A stretch of 63,316 nucleotides of DNA, filler included, from Octopus bimaculoides (GCF_001194135.2; 6 parts of 6 records of this genome joined end to end with filler, not necessarily neighbours in it), one strand, 5' to 3'. Numbered from the whole stretch's first letter, positions 12,470-25,849 are shown. The notes: generated by a model from the letters alone, not told the origin. Made by a program: numbers and translations.

Positions 12470-14545
12470 CCCTTGCTCCAGGGAGTAACGCTGTAGTTTT
12501 CTCAGCCTATCCCTGTAGTTCATCCACTACACTGTTTCAATCTTTTTAGTGTAGTGACATTGGACTGCTTCGAATTCTAATGTTAGTTTGGCATTATGTG
12601 GTGGCCATAACTGGGAACAGTAACCCAGGTGGCTGAGAACAAAGGTTCTCCACAGGGTCAACATAGTTTCCAGGTGTCTTGTCTCGAAAGACCTCAGTAT
12701 CAATCTTTCTAGTTGTCTGCACTTTGCTGCCATCTTGCTAATGTGCATATAAAATGATGCGTCATAGCACATACTGATCCCCAAGTCTTTCACAGCCTGT
12801 GACTCTGGGATTGTAGTGCCTTCAGGTCCCGTATATGTAGATTGTACTGTATTCATGAGTTGATAGTGCAGTGCTTGAAATTTTCCAGCATTAAACTGCA
12901 TGTTATTTCTTTCGGCCCACTTGTATATTGAATTTAGGTCCCGCTTGTATCCTCTTGGTTTTTTATTGCCTGTGATAATTTTGTATCATCGGCATAGCTA
13001 GTGACAGTGCCTGTCTGAGTGACCGTGAGCATGTCTAAGAGGGCTATTATGAACAGTAATGGCCCCAGAACAGTTCCCTGGGGGACACCAATTCAGATTT
13101 GAGTTTCCTCAGAAAGGGCACCACTGGCTGCAACTACCTGACTTCTGTTTATAAGTCATGCAGCCACTCTCCCAGTTTACCAGCAATGCCAAGGTCTCGT
13201 AGCTTATGACTTATCATGCCATGATCTACCTTATCAAATGCCTTTGTGAAGTCAAGGTATATCACACTGACATCTGAATGGTCAAGCAGCTGTTTCAAAA
13301 CCCAGTCATAGTGCTGAAGGAGCTGTGAGAGGCAGCTTCTTCCTGGATGGAAGCTGTGCTGAGTATTGTTCAATAGGTCATTTTCTTCTAGGAATATTAT
13401 CAACTTCTTTCTGATGATATGCTCCATGACTTTACTGATATGCAAAGTTAGAGAGATTGGGCTGTAGTTTTTGGCCTCTGCTCTGCTTCCACCTTTGTGG
13501 ATAGAGCATATAATGCCTTCTTTCAGCTTTTTAGGAAGTATACCACTTGCAAGAAATCTTTATAAAAGTATCTGAAGTGGTTTCGGTAAAGCCTGCTTAC
13601 ATAACTTTAGGAGAATAGCTGGGAAGCCAACAGGAACAGTGGCGGAGCATGAGCTCGTTTCATCTATGGCCACTGTTACATCTGTTTCCTCAATGTTGAT
13701 GTAATCAATGGCTGGTGCCTCCTTTTTTTTAGAGCTGCGATATCAAGGAATTCAGCCGGATATTTTATCTGCATGTGTCCAAGGGGGGAAGTGAAGACAT
13801 TTTTAAATTGTTCACTGAGTATCTCACTTATCCTTCCTGGGTCCACCGTCCATGAGTCATTCCCTTGGAACAATGGTCCTATTTTATATTGTATTGTGGC
13901 TGTTTCCTTTGCGAATCTATAGAAAGCTTTGAGATTTGTTTTTATGCTTTCCATAGCCCTTTTCTCTCTCTCTGCTCTTTCCTTTTCATGAGCAAGTTTG
14001 GTTTTGCTTCCAATTTCTAGGAGCAGTTGTGTTAAGATAGACTTCTCTCTATTGTTGAGTTGCCTATTCAATGACTGAGAGATATTTGACCCGCATCTCA
14101 TGAGGATTTTTCTGTCACTGGGAATCTTGTTTGACTGTGTGCTGGCCTCTCTTTCTGGGATATATTATGTGCATATAGCTTGCACTGTTGACATAAACTG
14201 CCTGAGTTTCAAATCAATCTCTTGCATACATAGAATGTCAGACCAGTTTTGTTTGTGGATCTCTTTGCAGATTGATTCCCATTTTACCTTATGGAAATTC
14301 AGATTGGATAAGGCTTCAGTCCTTTTGATAGGGTAAATACCTACCGTTTGCATAGTACCTTAGTTCAACAATGTTGTGATCTCAGTTGGTGTCACCTTAA
14401 CATTATGGATAAGGTCCACATTATTTGTGAAGCATAAGACCAATATGTCTTTCCCCCTCATTAGCCTGAGAATCACTTGCTCAATCACTTATTAGTAAGT
14501 TCAAATAATGACTCTACATGCTTTTGTTCATGCAGTGACATCCTG
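12470..14545 (-). mobile_element. CR1/L2-group LINE ORF2 relic (endonuclease end plus reverse transcriptase)
   Basis: Broken ORFs with RT motifs GRSCLSQLL, YLDFTKAFDKVDHG, GVPQGTVLGPLLF and KDLGI; multiple stops and frameshifts. Confidence 0.9.
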
Positions 14546-14574
14546 GGAAGCACATGTAAAGTTGGTCTTAACTG

Positions 14575-15330
14575 AGAATTTTTGTTTATTTTCATTTATT
14601 GTTAGTTAATATTCTAATAAACGCTAAGTTAATAGTATAAGGTTTAAATTTTATTTTAAACTAAAGATTCGATAAGATAAGCTTTGAATTAATTTTCATT
14701 AATATTGTTAAATGTTTTTCTTTTATTTTTTGGTGAAATAAATATTTTTATATAAATTCATTTATTATTTTTGTTAGTTTATATTCTAATAAACGTAAAG
14801 TTAATAATGTAACGTTTATAATATTAATTTAACCTAAAACTTCGATTAGATAAGTATTGCATTTATTTTCAATAATATTGTTAAATGTTTTTCTTTTATT
14901 TATTGGTAAAATAAGTATTTTTATAGAAATTCATTTGTTATATATTGTTAGCTGATATTCTAATAAACGATATGTTAATAGCATAACGTTTAAATTTTAC
15001 TTTAAACTAAAGCTTCGATAAGAATAATATCGTTAAATATTTTTCTTTTACTTATTGATTTTTACTTTTACTTATTGATAGAATAAGTATTTTTATATAA
15101 ATTCATTTGTTATTTATTGCTGGTTGATATATACATACATTCCTTTTAATATAATTATTGTTGTATTTTGACCAGAAGATTAGCGATATTTTTTAATAGA
15201 ATTGATTTTCGCTCGATTTATTTTAATCGATTTCATTTTATTTTATATTTGAAAATTTGCTTTTGAAAATTTGCTTTTGAAAATTTGCTTATGAAACATG
15301 TGAAGTCATTTTATTATTTTAATAATTGTT
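14575..15330. repeat. AT-rich tandem repeat, about 175-bp unit x3, plus a 15-bp triplication; adjoins a Penelope relic
   Basis: attctaataaacg recurs near 14612, 14783 and 14957; tttgaaaatttgctt occurs three times near 15250-15290. Confidence 0.75.
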
Positions 15331-15339
15331 ACTTTGTGT

Positions 15340-15827
15340 TTTATTATAGTTAGGTAAATCGATACATTAGGTGTTTATTTTGCCATCAACAAAGATGATG
15401 CTCTAGCTCTAACCACAAACACCAATGGACCACCACCCTTACTTTATTTCTGGACTAATAACAGGAGTATAGGTTACTTCCTCACTAAAACCACTATCTT
15501 TTAGAGCTTTATTATATATTATTTATATCGGAGGAGAGGCTAGAAATTCTCTTGCTAAAGTTTTTAACTAAATTCTTAAACACTATGGGGAGATGGCAGG
15601 AAACTACATTAATATAGCTAAGTCTATTGTTGAGCTTTCTATAGGGTCTGTAAATATTCTCATTGAAATCTAAAGATACATCTAGGAAATTGACAACCGT
15701 AAGGTTGGTATCAATTGTTATGTGAAGATCGAATGTTTTCATCATTTGGATAATGTCCTTCCTAAACCGATACATTTACCTAATGTATCGAGTAGGAATA
15801 GTCCAATGAGTTTGCATATTTTATATA
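15340..15827 (-). mobile_element. Penelope-like element, RT C-terminal fragment
   Basis: ORF 15512-15775 VNFLDVSLDFNENIYRPYRKLNNRLSYINVVSCH...KRISSLSS matches the PLE RT thumb pattern. Confidence 0.8.
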
Positions 15828-15957
15828 NNNNNNNNNNNNNNNNNNNNNNNNNNNNNNNNNNNNNNNNNNNNNNNNNNNNNNNNNNNNNNNNNNNNNNNNN
15901 NNNNNNNNNNNNNNNNNNNNNNNNNNNATGTATATATCATCATCTGATGATATATAC

Positions 15958-17940
15958 AGCTGGATGCCCTTAGGGGGTGCTTTTTACACGCCACTGGTAC
16001 AGGTGCCACTCAGGTGGTACTGTCATCAGCCATGACAATGACTTCAATTGCCTCAACAGGTCTTCGCAAGTGCAGTTTACTTCCCAATGATTGAAGGGTC
16101 CTCTTAAATGGACCTGTTATGATCCACTGGCATAGGTCACGGTTACGGTCTCACTTGGCTTGCCAAGTCATCTCAAACACAGCATTATTTAAAGGTTTCA
16201 GTCACTTATCACCTCAGTGAGGCCCAACGTTCGAAGGTTGTGTTTCACCACCTCATTCCAGGTCTTCCTCTACTGCTAGGGTGTGACACTTTTTCACACA
16301 GCTCTCCTTATTCATATGCAGCCCATGACCATACCAGCACAGTCGTCTCTCTTGCACACCACATCTGGTGCTTCTTAGGTCCAATTTTTCTCTCATGGCG
16401 CTTACACTCTTTTGTGTATGCACACTGACATTACACATCCATCGGAGCATACTGGCTTCATTCTTTGCAAGCTTACGCATGTCCTCAGCAGTCACAGCCC
16501 ATGTTTCACTGCCATGTAGCATGGCTGTTCGCACACATGCCTCATACAGTCTGCCTTTTACTCTGAGTAAGAGGCCCTTTGTCACCAGCAGAGGTAGGAG
16601 CTCTCTGAACATTGCCCAGGTTATTCTTATTCTAGCAGCTACACTCTCAGAGCAACCCACCCCTGCTATTAACTTGGTCACCTTGGTAACTGAAGCTCTC
16701 AACTACTTCTAGTTTTTTACCCTGGAATGTGACTGAAGTTGTTTTCTGCATACTTTCAGTGCTTATTGCCCCTGAGCATTTGCCACATACAAAAACTATC
16801 TTCCCAGTTAGCCTTCCTTTGATATTGCTGCACCTCTTATGTATCCATAGCTTACACCGGGTACATCTTACAGAGTTTCTACTCATGCCTTTTCTACAGA
16901 TCGAGCAAGGCCATCTACCTTCCTACTTATTAAGACTTTGGGTTTTGCTAGATTGACTCTACACCTGAAAATTCTCCTCTAGTTCTGATAGTGACTCAGC
17001 TATTAGAGCAAGGCCATCAGCATAGAGGAGCTCCCACGGGCATCCTGTCTAGAATTCCTCTGGGGGCTAAGGACTGATCTTTGGTGAACCCCTACGCCTG
17101 CTCAGAATTCTTCACTGTATTCATTGCCAACCCTTGCCTTACTGACAGCGTCCTTGTACATGGCTTGTACAGTTCTCACTAGCCACTCATCTATCCCTAG
17201 TTTCTGCATTGACCACCAGATAAGGGATTGGGGTACCCTGTCGAAGGCTTTCTGTATGTCAACAAAAGCCAGGTACAGAGGTTTATATGTGGTTAGGTAT
17301 TTCTCCTGCAGCTGTCTTACCAGAAATATAGCGTCAGTGGTGCTTTTCCCTGGCACAAACCCAAACTGTATCTCATCTAGACTGACTCTCTCCCTAATTA
17401 GTTGGGCTATGACCCTCTCTGTGACTTTCATTACCTGATCCAACAACTGGATACATCTGTAAGTATTCGCATCTAATGCATCACCTTTACCTTTGTAGCA
17501 GTTGACTATGGTGCTGCTACACCAGTCATTGGGTATGACTCCTTCATGTATCACCTGATTGACTATACGAGTGACTAGGCTATAGCCGACACAGCCAGAT
17601 ATCTTAAGCATCTCTGCAGTGATTCCTGATGGGCCGGGGGCTTTCCCTGTCTTCATACTCTTAATTGCTTTATCTACCAAGGTACTGTCAATTCAGATAG
17701 CTGGTCCCTATGTTGGGTCAACATTTAGCAGACTCTCTTTCTCCCATTCATTCTCTTCATTTAGCAACCTTTGATAGTGGCAGCCTCATTAAATGCAAGT
17801 GAGCCATCATCCATACCAACACATTTCTCTCCTACAGTATCACTATTCTCTTTCACACACTGTCTTGCAACACGAAACACTTCAAGTCTTTGGTCCTCAC
17901 GATGCAGAACATTGGCAAATTGTTCTTATCTGCTTCCCTG
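15958..17940 (-). mobile_element. RTE-clade LINE, 5'-truncated and decayed, including its 3' UTR
   Basis: KAPGPSGITAEMLK, QFGFVPGKSTTDAIF, FVDIQKAFDRVP, WELLYADG (decayed YADD), a Cys-rich CTRCKLWIHKRC...CGKC insert and C-terminal AMLHGSETW...RRLCWYGH. Confidence 0.92.
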
Positions 17941-17947
17941 TATACAT

Positions 17948-17991
<44 letters not shown>

Positions 17992-18178
17992 AACTGAGGA
18001 AAAGAAATCCTTCAAAGGGTTGTGTTAACCATCCAATTCACTGGCACATCAGTTGGAGACCATATAAATATTGGTATAATTCAATTATAAAGATAAATTA
18101 AATATAGAGATATTCAATTGATAATCCAATAATTTATTTATATTACAATAATATATTAAATACTATGTATATAATATA

Positions 18179-18729
18179 CTAGCAGAAATACCCGGCTTTG
18201 CCCGGGTTAAAGAGAATAATGAAATCTAAAAACGCCATCTAGACTACGCAACCCTCAACTGTTAGTAGCTACGATACCATATTTCTACCTTAATAACTTT
18301 CCAATCCATGCCAACATGGAACATAGACATTAAGTGGAATGCTAGCAGAAAGTTTTCAACTCATATCTATATAAAGTAAATACACGTAATTCAAAAACAC
18401 GTTTTGTGTATTTTATTTCGTAACCAAACAAACAGGTACAGATTATAAATAATGAAAGGCCAATTTTGGTGATTCATTTGACAGAGGTAATAGAGAGACA
18501 ATGCGATGATAAATCTGAGGTTGGATCTTGAAAGTTTGGATGAATGCTGCCTCAGTTAAATCTCTTGTGGTTCCAAATGATGTCATCTGTAGTACAGCGT
18601 CGTATTGTCTAATTTTGTTTTGCAAATGTTAGGAATCTTGGTCAGTTGATGATAACAGTTTCTTCAATAGCTCTGGAGGTTGGGGATTGTGGAATTGTTG
18701 GGAATGTTTTTAACTTTGGTGTTATATGT
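18179..18729 (-). mobile_element. Helitron 3' end joined to a RepHel N-terminal fragment, running into a gap
   Basis: Minus-strand 3' end with hairpin ACCCGG-N6-CCGGGT, then CTAG followed by T. The ORF relic PQPPELLKKLL...QNKIRQYDAVLQMTSFG...FKIQPQIYHRIVSLLP is typical of the Helitron RepHel pre-Rep region. Confidence 0.88.
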
Positions 18730-18773
18730 NNNNNNNNNNNNNNNNNNNNNNNNNNNNNNNNNNNNNNNNNNNN

Positions 18774-18785
18774 TTAATTAATTAA
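18774..18785. other. Assembly gap pad TTAATTAATTAA (also near 21726, 29483, 55569 and 60692)
   Basis: An identical palindromic 12-mer with stops in all six frames, always centred between N runs. Confidence 0.9.
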
Positions 18786-18876
18786 NNNNNNNNNNNNNNN
18801 NNNNNNNNNNNNNNNNNNNNNNNNNNNNNACGTTATAAAAATAAAACTACTGAACAATAATAATAATAACAACAAT

Positions 18877-19000
<124 letters not shown>

Positions 19001-19899
19001 TTGTTCGAAGGATTTAATTCAGGTTGCTATGTATTAATAGCGGTACCGGTAAACAGTGTAGACTGGTACTACCTGCGGCATTTTGAAAAAAAAAATATCT
19101 GGTTCTGTGTGGAACAAAGAATAATAGTAATAATAAGTCCGTTCGAAGGAATTTAGTTCGGTCGCTATGTGTTAGTAGCGTTACGGGGGAAAATCATTTA
19201 GACCGCTACAACCTTCGGCAGATCTTTAGTTTGAAAATAAATAAGCAGATAAATAAATAATGCACTGAAAGAAGAAAATATATAATTTTGTGCGGAACAA
19301 GAAAAAATCTAAATAACAACGGAAAAATATTTCGGAGAAAAAGAAATGAAATATATAATGTTGTGAAAGAAGAGAAAAAATAAATCTCGAAGAGGGAAGT
19401 GTTGTGGCGTTCGCCTCCGGGTGAGAAGTGGGCTGATCCACTAATAATAAAGAGTGGACAGACTCAGGAAGTATTGTTAGTCAGTGAGATATGTTGTTCG
19501 GGCCTGTCACGCAGAGGACGAAATTACGTGGTCATAATGCGAGACATATCACATACATACATACATACATACATACATACACACACACACATCACACGTA
19601 TGTGTGTATGTGTTTTCAATCGTGGTTTCTACCGCAGATATAATTGTTCACTTAGGTATATATGTATGTATGTGTGTAGTATCTATGTATTTATGTATGT
19701 ATGCATGTATGTATGTATGTATGGGTGGATGGATGGATGGATGGATGTGTGTATGTATGTGTGCATGTATGTATGAAAAGGACATGGTAATAAAAACAGT
19801 AAAGGTGACGCCCAACGAACTAAGGTATGCCAGTGTGTGTATGTATGTGAGAATTGTGTGTGTGAGTGTGTATGTGTGAATGAAGTGAGTGAGTCTAAC

Positions 19900-21175
19900 G
19901 TGTAATGTGTGTGTAATGTGTGGGTTATATGTAGCAGTTGATGTGTGCTTGTTCAGGTGATATGTATGTGTGTATATGCGTGTGTATGACCAAATAGTGT
20001 GCCTGTGTACAGTGTATGTCTCTGGGCGAAAGGTATCTTTGTGTATGCGAGTTGCATGCTTGTGTTCAGGTAGTATGTGCTTGTGTGGGCGTGGGAGTGT
20101 GCATGATGGGGTGTGGTGTGTGTACTGAGTTAAACAGTGTGTGTGGATGCTCGTATAGTGGTATGTGCGGTGACGTTATTGAAGATTGTGTGTGGGTGTG
20201 TGGTGTGAATGCTGAGAAGTGGTGGGTGCTAGTGGTGTGTGGAGTGGGACGGTGTTGTGGGTGTGGGTATAATGGTGTATGAAGTGAGTGATGAGTTGAA
20301 CAGTGTGTATGGGTGTTTGTATAGTGGTGTGTGTGATGACGGTATCAAGGTATGTGGTATGAAGGTGTGTAGTGGAGGAGCAGTTGAATGTGAGAGATGT
20401 GTGGGAATCTGTGCGGGGTTGGTAGCAGATGAAGAGAGGAAGTGAAATGAGCTCATGTGGCGCAAAGGAAACGAAAAGAAAAGATTACTTCCTGTCACGG
20501 CGAAGACGGGAGCCGGGTGGCCCCTGTGAAGAGACAGTCCGAACACAAACAAATGTTGTAGCGAATGACCAGTAGAGCACCTAGAGGTGCAGGCAAAGGC
20601 GTTGGTGGTGTGAGAGGGATGGAAATGGGTGCCTGTGAAGATAGTGGGGTTGGAAAATCAGGTGCAGGTGCGACAACGTGAGCAGGAGTAGGGGAAGGAT
20701 CCAGACTAGAAAGTGGGAGTAGGGAAGAAACTGTGCACCAGATGGTCACGCAGGTCATGGGTCATTTGAAGGAGAGAAGGGGTAGGTTAGGGAAGATGTG
20801 TGTGCTGGAGGGGGTCGGACTGGAGTCGCCGGAAGGCTCAGAGAATAGTGTGTTGGATGGGTAGGGTGAACGGTTGGTAGGTGAGGGGAAACGGGAGACG
20901 GGTAAGAGTGGGACGGGTGTGAGAAGAAGCAGCGCAGGCAAGAGCAGTGTGGATTATGGTGAAGCGATATCTACGTAGGATGAAGTGACGAGCTATGAAT
21001 TGAAACTGAACCTCAAAGTCATGGTCATCACTGCAGAACGTGTGTAGACGGAGGAACTGGGAGTAGGGAATGGAAAGCTTGGTGTCGGTAAGGAGGGAGG
21101 AGGAGGAGGAGATAAAGTAAGAGTGTAAGTCAGTGTGTTTGTAGTGGACGGAGGTAGTGAGACCGGGTGGTTTTT
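19900..21175 (-). mobile_element. Penelope-like element relic (RT C-terminus to decayed GIY-YIG, then a CA-rich tail)
   Basis: Minus-strand relics TSVHYKHTD, SIPYSQFLRL...CSDDHDFE, RLPFPLTY, FRRLQSDPS..HIFPNLPLLSFK; degenerate Cys/GIY region near 20500-20580. Confidence 0.75.
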
Positions 21176-21176
21176 G

Positions 21177-21220
<44 letters not shown>

Positions 21221-21224
21221 TTAG

Positions 21225-21681
21225 GGAAAAGAACCAAGTTTCAAGAACTCATCGATGAAAATCCACTATCACATATAGGAAATTAATAATTAAAAGCACA
21301 ATAAATGGCTGTAATATAATACAAAGTAAATATCATAAGATAAAGATAATAAAATGACTACACATGTTTCATAACTAATTTTCAAATAGAAAGGAAATTT
21401 GAATTGATTAAAATCAATTAAAATTATCGAAAATAAATTCTATTCAAAAATACAGCTAATCGTCAGGTCGTAAATAGAACAATAACTATAATAAATAAAT
21501 ATATATATCAACCAACAATAAGTACCAAATGAATTTATATAAAATACTTAAAAAATTATTAAAAATATCAAAATATCAAAATAATAAACATTCCATAATC
21601 ATCCCTTCATCCATTATAATATATGCTAACATGTATATTATATACAAAAACCAGCTTACATGAATTATTATCATTTTAAAT
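21225..21681. repeat. AT-rich dispersed repeat, inverted relative to 15080-15330
   Basis: The reverse complement of 21350-21550 aligns by eye with 15080-15320 (ataagtatttttatataaattcatttg...gttgatatata...tatgaaacatgtg). Confidence 0.65.
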
Positions 21682-22247
21682 NNNNNNNNNNNNNNNNNNN
21701 NNNNNNNNNNNNNNNNNNNNNNNNNTTAATTAATTAANNNNNNNNNNNNNNNNNNNNNNNNNNNNNNNNNNNNNNNNNNNNCCACCTCGGCGGAATTTGA
21801 ACTCAGAATGTAACGAAAAACGAAATAGTGCTAACTATTTCGCCTGGCATGCTAACGTTTCTTCCAGCTCTGACTTTCATCCTTTCGGGGTCGATAAATT
21901 AAGTTTACTGTTGCGTGCTGGGGTCGACCTAATCGACTGGCACCCTCCCCAAAAATTTCGAGCCTTGTGCCCAGAGTAAAAAAAAAAAGATAAAAGAATG
22001 ATTTATCTAGAAGGGAGACAATTAATACAAATATTACCAGAGTAGTTTCCCTTAGAAATTTAAAATCCTTAAAGAGTAATTTCCCTTGCAAATAAATTTG
22101 ACTTCTTTTTTTTTCCTTAACATTTTCTATCGTCATTTAGTAAAACACTTCGTTTCCAGATGCTCCAGTCGAGCGTAAACAAATAACCCTGTGGTGGACT
22201 GGCGTCTCTTCCAGGTGGAGCTCTATGATCTTCACCTGGAATACGAC

Positions 22248-22294
<47 letters not shown>

Positions 22295-22745
22295 AATGGA
22301 TATAATATGTATGTATTTATGTATGTATGCCAAGGTAAGACAACGCTGTGTTGATGACGCCCACTGAGCTAATAGCGACAAACAAATTAGTGAAATTCAT
22401 TCCAGGGGATCACTTGAAATTGTCTCCCTTCTCACTCAAGCTTACTCGTAATTACTGCTAGGCGTTTGTTTCCTTTCCTTTCTCTCGGCAAATCGAAACA
22501 AAATCCTACATTTAATTTCCCATTTTCAATTAAGTTTCATTTTTCTGCCTTTGCCTGGCTATTGTGGAAAAAATATGATTGCAGAACCTCTAAAAACAAG
22601 CGGGGAAATAGAAAAAGAAATGAAAACGGTACCACACGTTATATAAGGACTTTTTATTGCGTTTATTTGCCATTTATTACAATAAATTATATACAGCTTA
22701 CATTATATTTTCAAGTGCTTCGTTTAAATAACAGCTGACTACCCC

Positions 22746-22761
22746 TCATGCAGAATGTAGT
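22746..22761 (-). CDS. Putative terminal coding exon (R)LHSA-stop of the Sel1-like gene
   Basis: Strong acceptor ttttattaatttttttctccctgattattgcag; the phase-2 join gives CG|A CTA CAT TCT GCA TGA. Minus-strand AATAAA signals lie about 70-95 nt past the stop (near 22650-22680). Confidence 0.55.
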
Positions 22762-22985
22762 CTGCAATAATCAGGGAGAAAAAAAATTAATAAAATGAAA
22801 CATTTAATAAAACAAATCAGTTGTTGTTGTTGTTGAAGTGTTCGTGGTTTTATTGATGGTGTTTATGCAGGAATTTTATTGTACTTTGTTGCGGTTTTAG
22901 ATGTGGTTTGGTTATGTATACTAAGCCCATCGACTTTTCACCAAATCCACACCCGGTAATTAAATCTTTCTAATTTTGGCACAGT

Positions 22986-23225
22986 GAAGATGCGTGGCCT
23001 AATGGTTCGGGTGCTGCATTCACGATCCCGAGATCATGGTTTCAGTTCCCGGAGCGGGTGATGCGTTGCGCTGATGATCAAAACACTTCATTTCACGTTG
23101 GTCCAGTCAGCTCACCTGTAAACAAGCGACTCTGCGAAGGACTGGCGTCCCGTCCAGGAGGATTGTTGTGATCTCGGTCACTTATACGCCACGAAAACCG
23201 AGCAATCGCGCTGTGAATCCTGGGA
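22986..23225 (+). mobile_element. tRNA-derived SINE (family A)
   Basis: Pol III A-box-like tggcctaatgg and B-box-like gtttcagttccc head; the body aaaacacttcatttcacgttg...gactggcgtcccgtccagg is also seen as a fragment at 22142-22240. Confidence 0.75.
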
Positions 23226-23587
23226 CTTGAGACAGATCTTACACTTTTGATAAAAGGTCAGCGATTACATCAACCCCGAAAAGATAAAAGCCGAAGTTGA
23301 CCTCGGCGGGATTTTGAGGCCAATTCGTAAAGGGCCGAAGGCTATCTAACTAAGCATTTTGTCCGACGCACTAAAGATTCTGGCAGGTGATCACATTTGG
23401 TGCAGAAATAAATTATTTAGTGAGAGAGAAAGGAAAATGTATATATATATATATATGTATGTGTATATATATGTGTGTATACATATCTATGTGTGTGTAT
23501 GTGTGTGTGCGTATGAGTGTGTTAAGAATGAATAGCACAGAACATTGCGGGCTCCTCCTCCGGAGTTTCTGCGCCGCTCACATTTAC

Positions 23588-23683
23588 CGGTTGCATCCAC
23601 CTCGGGAACAGACGTGCTTCAGGGTCTCGTTGGCTTCGCTCAAACCTTTCCTGGCAGCATCAGCAATCAGGGAATGGGCATCG
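23588..23683 (-). CDS. Exon of the Sel1-like repeat protein: DAHSLIADAARKGLSEANETLKHVCSRGGCN(R)
   Basis: Acceptor tgtcctgtcctctcattgcag, donor gtaaat, 96 nt, phase 2/2. Shows the A-x2-L-x3-AA-x2-G-x3-A-x3-L Sel1-like helix pattern. Confidence 0.8.
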
Positions 23684-23716
23684 CTGCAATGAGAGGACAG
23701 GACACTGTACGTACAG

Positions 23717-23844
<128 letters not shown>

Positions 23845-23934
23845 ATGTGTGTACGTATGTATGTGTGTGTGTATGTACGTGTCTGTATGCATGCATGTAT
23901 GTATATATGTATATATATATATGTGTGTGTGTGT

Positions 23935-24165
23935 GACTTCGTGTCTGTGTTTGTCCCCCACCATCACTTGATAACCGGTGTTGGTGCGTTTACGTCCCCG
24001 TAACAATAGCGGTTCGGTTCGGCAAAAGAGGCCGATAGAATAAGTACCAGACTTAACACAAACAAATAAATACCGGGTTCGATTCATTCGGCTAAAAATT
24101 TCTTCAAGGCGATGCTCCAGCATGGCCGCAGTCTAATGACTGCCACAAGTAAAACATAAAAGATA
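23935..24165 (+). mobile_element. Family C SINE 3' part (also at 25205-25420 and 29225-29430)
   Basis: tttgtcccccaccatcacttg...gcggttcggcaaaagag..gatagaataagtac...gctccagcatggccgcagtc...acaagtaaaa recurs in three places. Confidence 0.8.
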
Positions 24166-25450
24166 TTTCGTATGTGTATTTCGTGTGCAAGATTCTTGAT
24201 GTGGATACGTGTGTTGAAAGAAATACAATTAAACCTGAAGAGATTGCAAGAGTGCAATGAAATAATTTAACAAAAAACTATATAAATTAATAAAGGACTG
24301 AATCAGTGCGTGTGTTTATTACCGGTATAATGTCTCTCCCGAGGTATAATTGTATAAAAGATATTTTTGAAAAACAACTAAGGTTTATAGTCACTGATAG
24401 GTCGAAATTTCGAGTTGTATGACGAGCAGTCTGAATATTCTTCAACAACTCCAAGAAAAGTAACAACGAAATCATCACCAACAGCAACAATGATAGNNNN
24501 NNNNNNNNNNNNNNNNNNNNNNNNNNNNNNNNNNNNNNNNNNNNNNNNNNNNNNNNNNNNNNNNNNNNNNNNNNNNNNNNNNNNNNNNNNNNNNNNNNNN
24601 NNNNNNNNNNNNNNNNNNNNNNNNNNNNNNNNNNNNNNNNNNNNNNNNNNNNNNNNNNNNNNNNNNNNNNNNNNNNNNNNNNNNNNNNNNNNNNNNNNNN
24701 NNNNNNNNNNNNNNNNNNNNNNNNNNNNNNNNNNNNNNNNNNNNNNNNNNNNNNNNNNNNNNNNNNNNNNNNNNNNNNNNNNNNNNNNNNNNNNNNNNNN
24801 NNNNNNNNNNNNNNNNNNNNNNNNNNNNNNNNNNNNNNNNNNNNNNNNNNNNNNNNNNNNNNNNNNNNNNNNNNNNNNNNNNNNNNNNNNNNNNNNNNNN
24901 NNNNNNNNNNNNNNNNNNNNNNNNNNNNNNNNNNNNNNNNNNNNNNNNNNNNNNNNNNNNNNNNATATATATATATATATATATATATACAAACATGCGT
25001 ACGTATGTATATTTATGTGTACGTGTGTGGGGATGTGCACGCGTGTGTGCGTGAGTGCGTGCATGTGTGTGAGAGTGTGTGCGTTTGTGTGTGCATGTGC
25101 ATATGCGTGCATGTGTGTGTTTGTGTATGTGCGTGTGTGCGTGTGCATGCATGTGTGTGTCTGTGTGTCTGTGTCTGTCTCTGTGTGCGTATGTGTGTGT
25201 ATGAGCATGCGCGTGTCTTTGTTCTTATCTTCCATCACCCCCGCTTGACAACCGGTGTCGGGTTGTCTATGTCCCTCGTAATTTATTGAATCGGTAAAAT
25301 GTAACCGGTAGACGGAATATGCGGTTTGCGGGGCCGAATGTATTGAGGCTAAACTCTACAAAACGAGTGCCTCCAGCATGGCCGTAGTCCAATGACTAAA
25401 ACAAGTAAAAAATAATAAAACAATGAAAAAGAATCATTTGAAGAACTTAC

Positions 25451-25496
25451 TTGAACCACATCATGGCTTTCTCTGGGTGTTTCTCGGTGCCAATAC
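25451..25496 (-). CDS. Exon of the Sel1-like repeat protein: (G)IGTEKHPEKAMMWF(K/N)
   Basis: Acceptor ctgtcctctctag, donor gtaagt, 46 nt, phase 1 to 2. Joins the previous exon in frame to complete G-x-G-x-E-K-x2-EKA-x2-WF. Confidence 0.85.
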
Positions 25497-25707
25497 CTAG
25501 AGAGGACAGCAGAAGTAACATGCTGTAGCATGGCCGTAAAGTGATTAGATGGCATGAGAAAGGCCATTCACTCACATACATTCGCACTCAAATACACACA
25601 CATACACACATACATACAGCGAGACAAACAGAGACAGAGAGAATGGGAAGCCGAATAAGAAACAGGGAAGGAGAGACAACAGAATGAGAGAAAAAGGCTG
25701 AACTAAC

Positions 25708-25849
25708 CGTTTAGATAGCGTTGTCCAACAAGGTGCTGAGCTTCTGAATAACCGAGGTGGGCGTAGGCATTCAACGTGTGGAAGTGTACGTTGTCAAAGA
25801 ACATGTAGCAATAGAGTGAAAACGACACGGCACCGACAAACAGAATAAC
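25708..25849 (-). CDS. Exon of a small single-TM Sel1-like repeat protein: VILFVGAVSFSLYCYMFFDNVHFHTLNAYAHLGYSEAQHLVGQRYLN(G)
   Basis: Acceptor atgttgcag, donor gttagt, 142 nt, phase 0 to 1. A hydrophobic helix is followed by the Sel1-like start A-H-L-G-x3-AQ-x2-VG-x-RYLNG. Confidence 0.85.

Noticed and set aside
21236-21260. Vestigial hammerhead-like motif (cgatgagttctttgaaac, minus strand) near the Penelope relic
   Set aside because: The CTGA core is not intact.
24378-24460. SSYN peptide resembling the missing Sel1 exon
   Set aside because: The surrounding residues and splice phase do not fit; coincidental.
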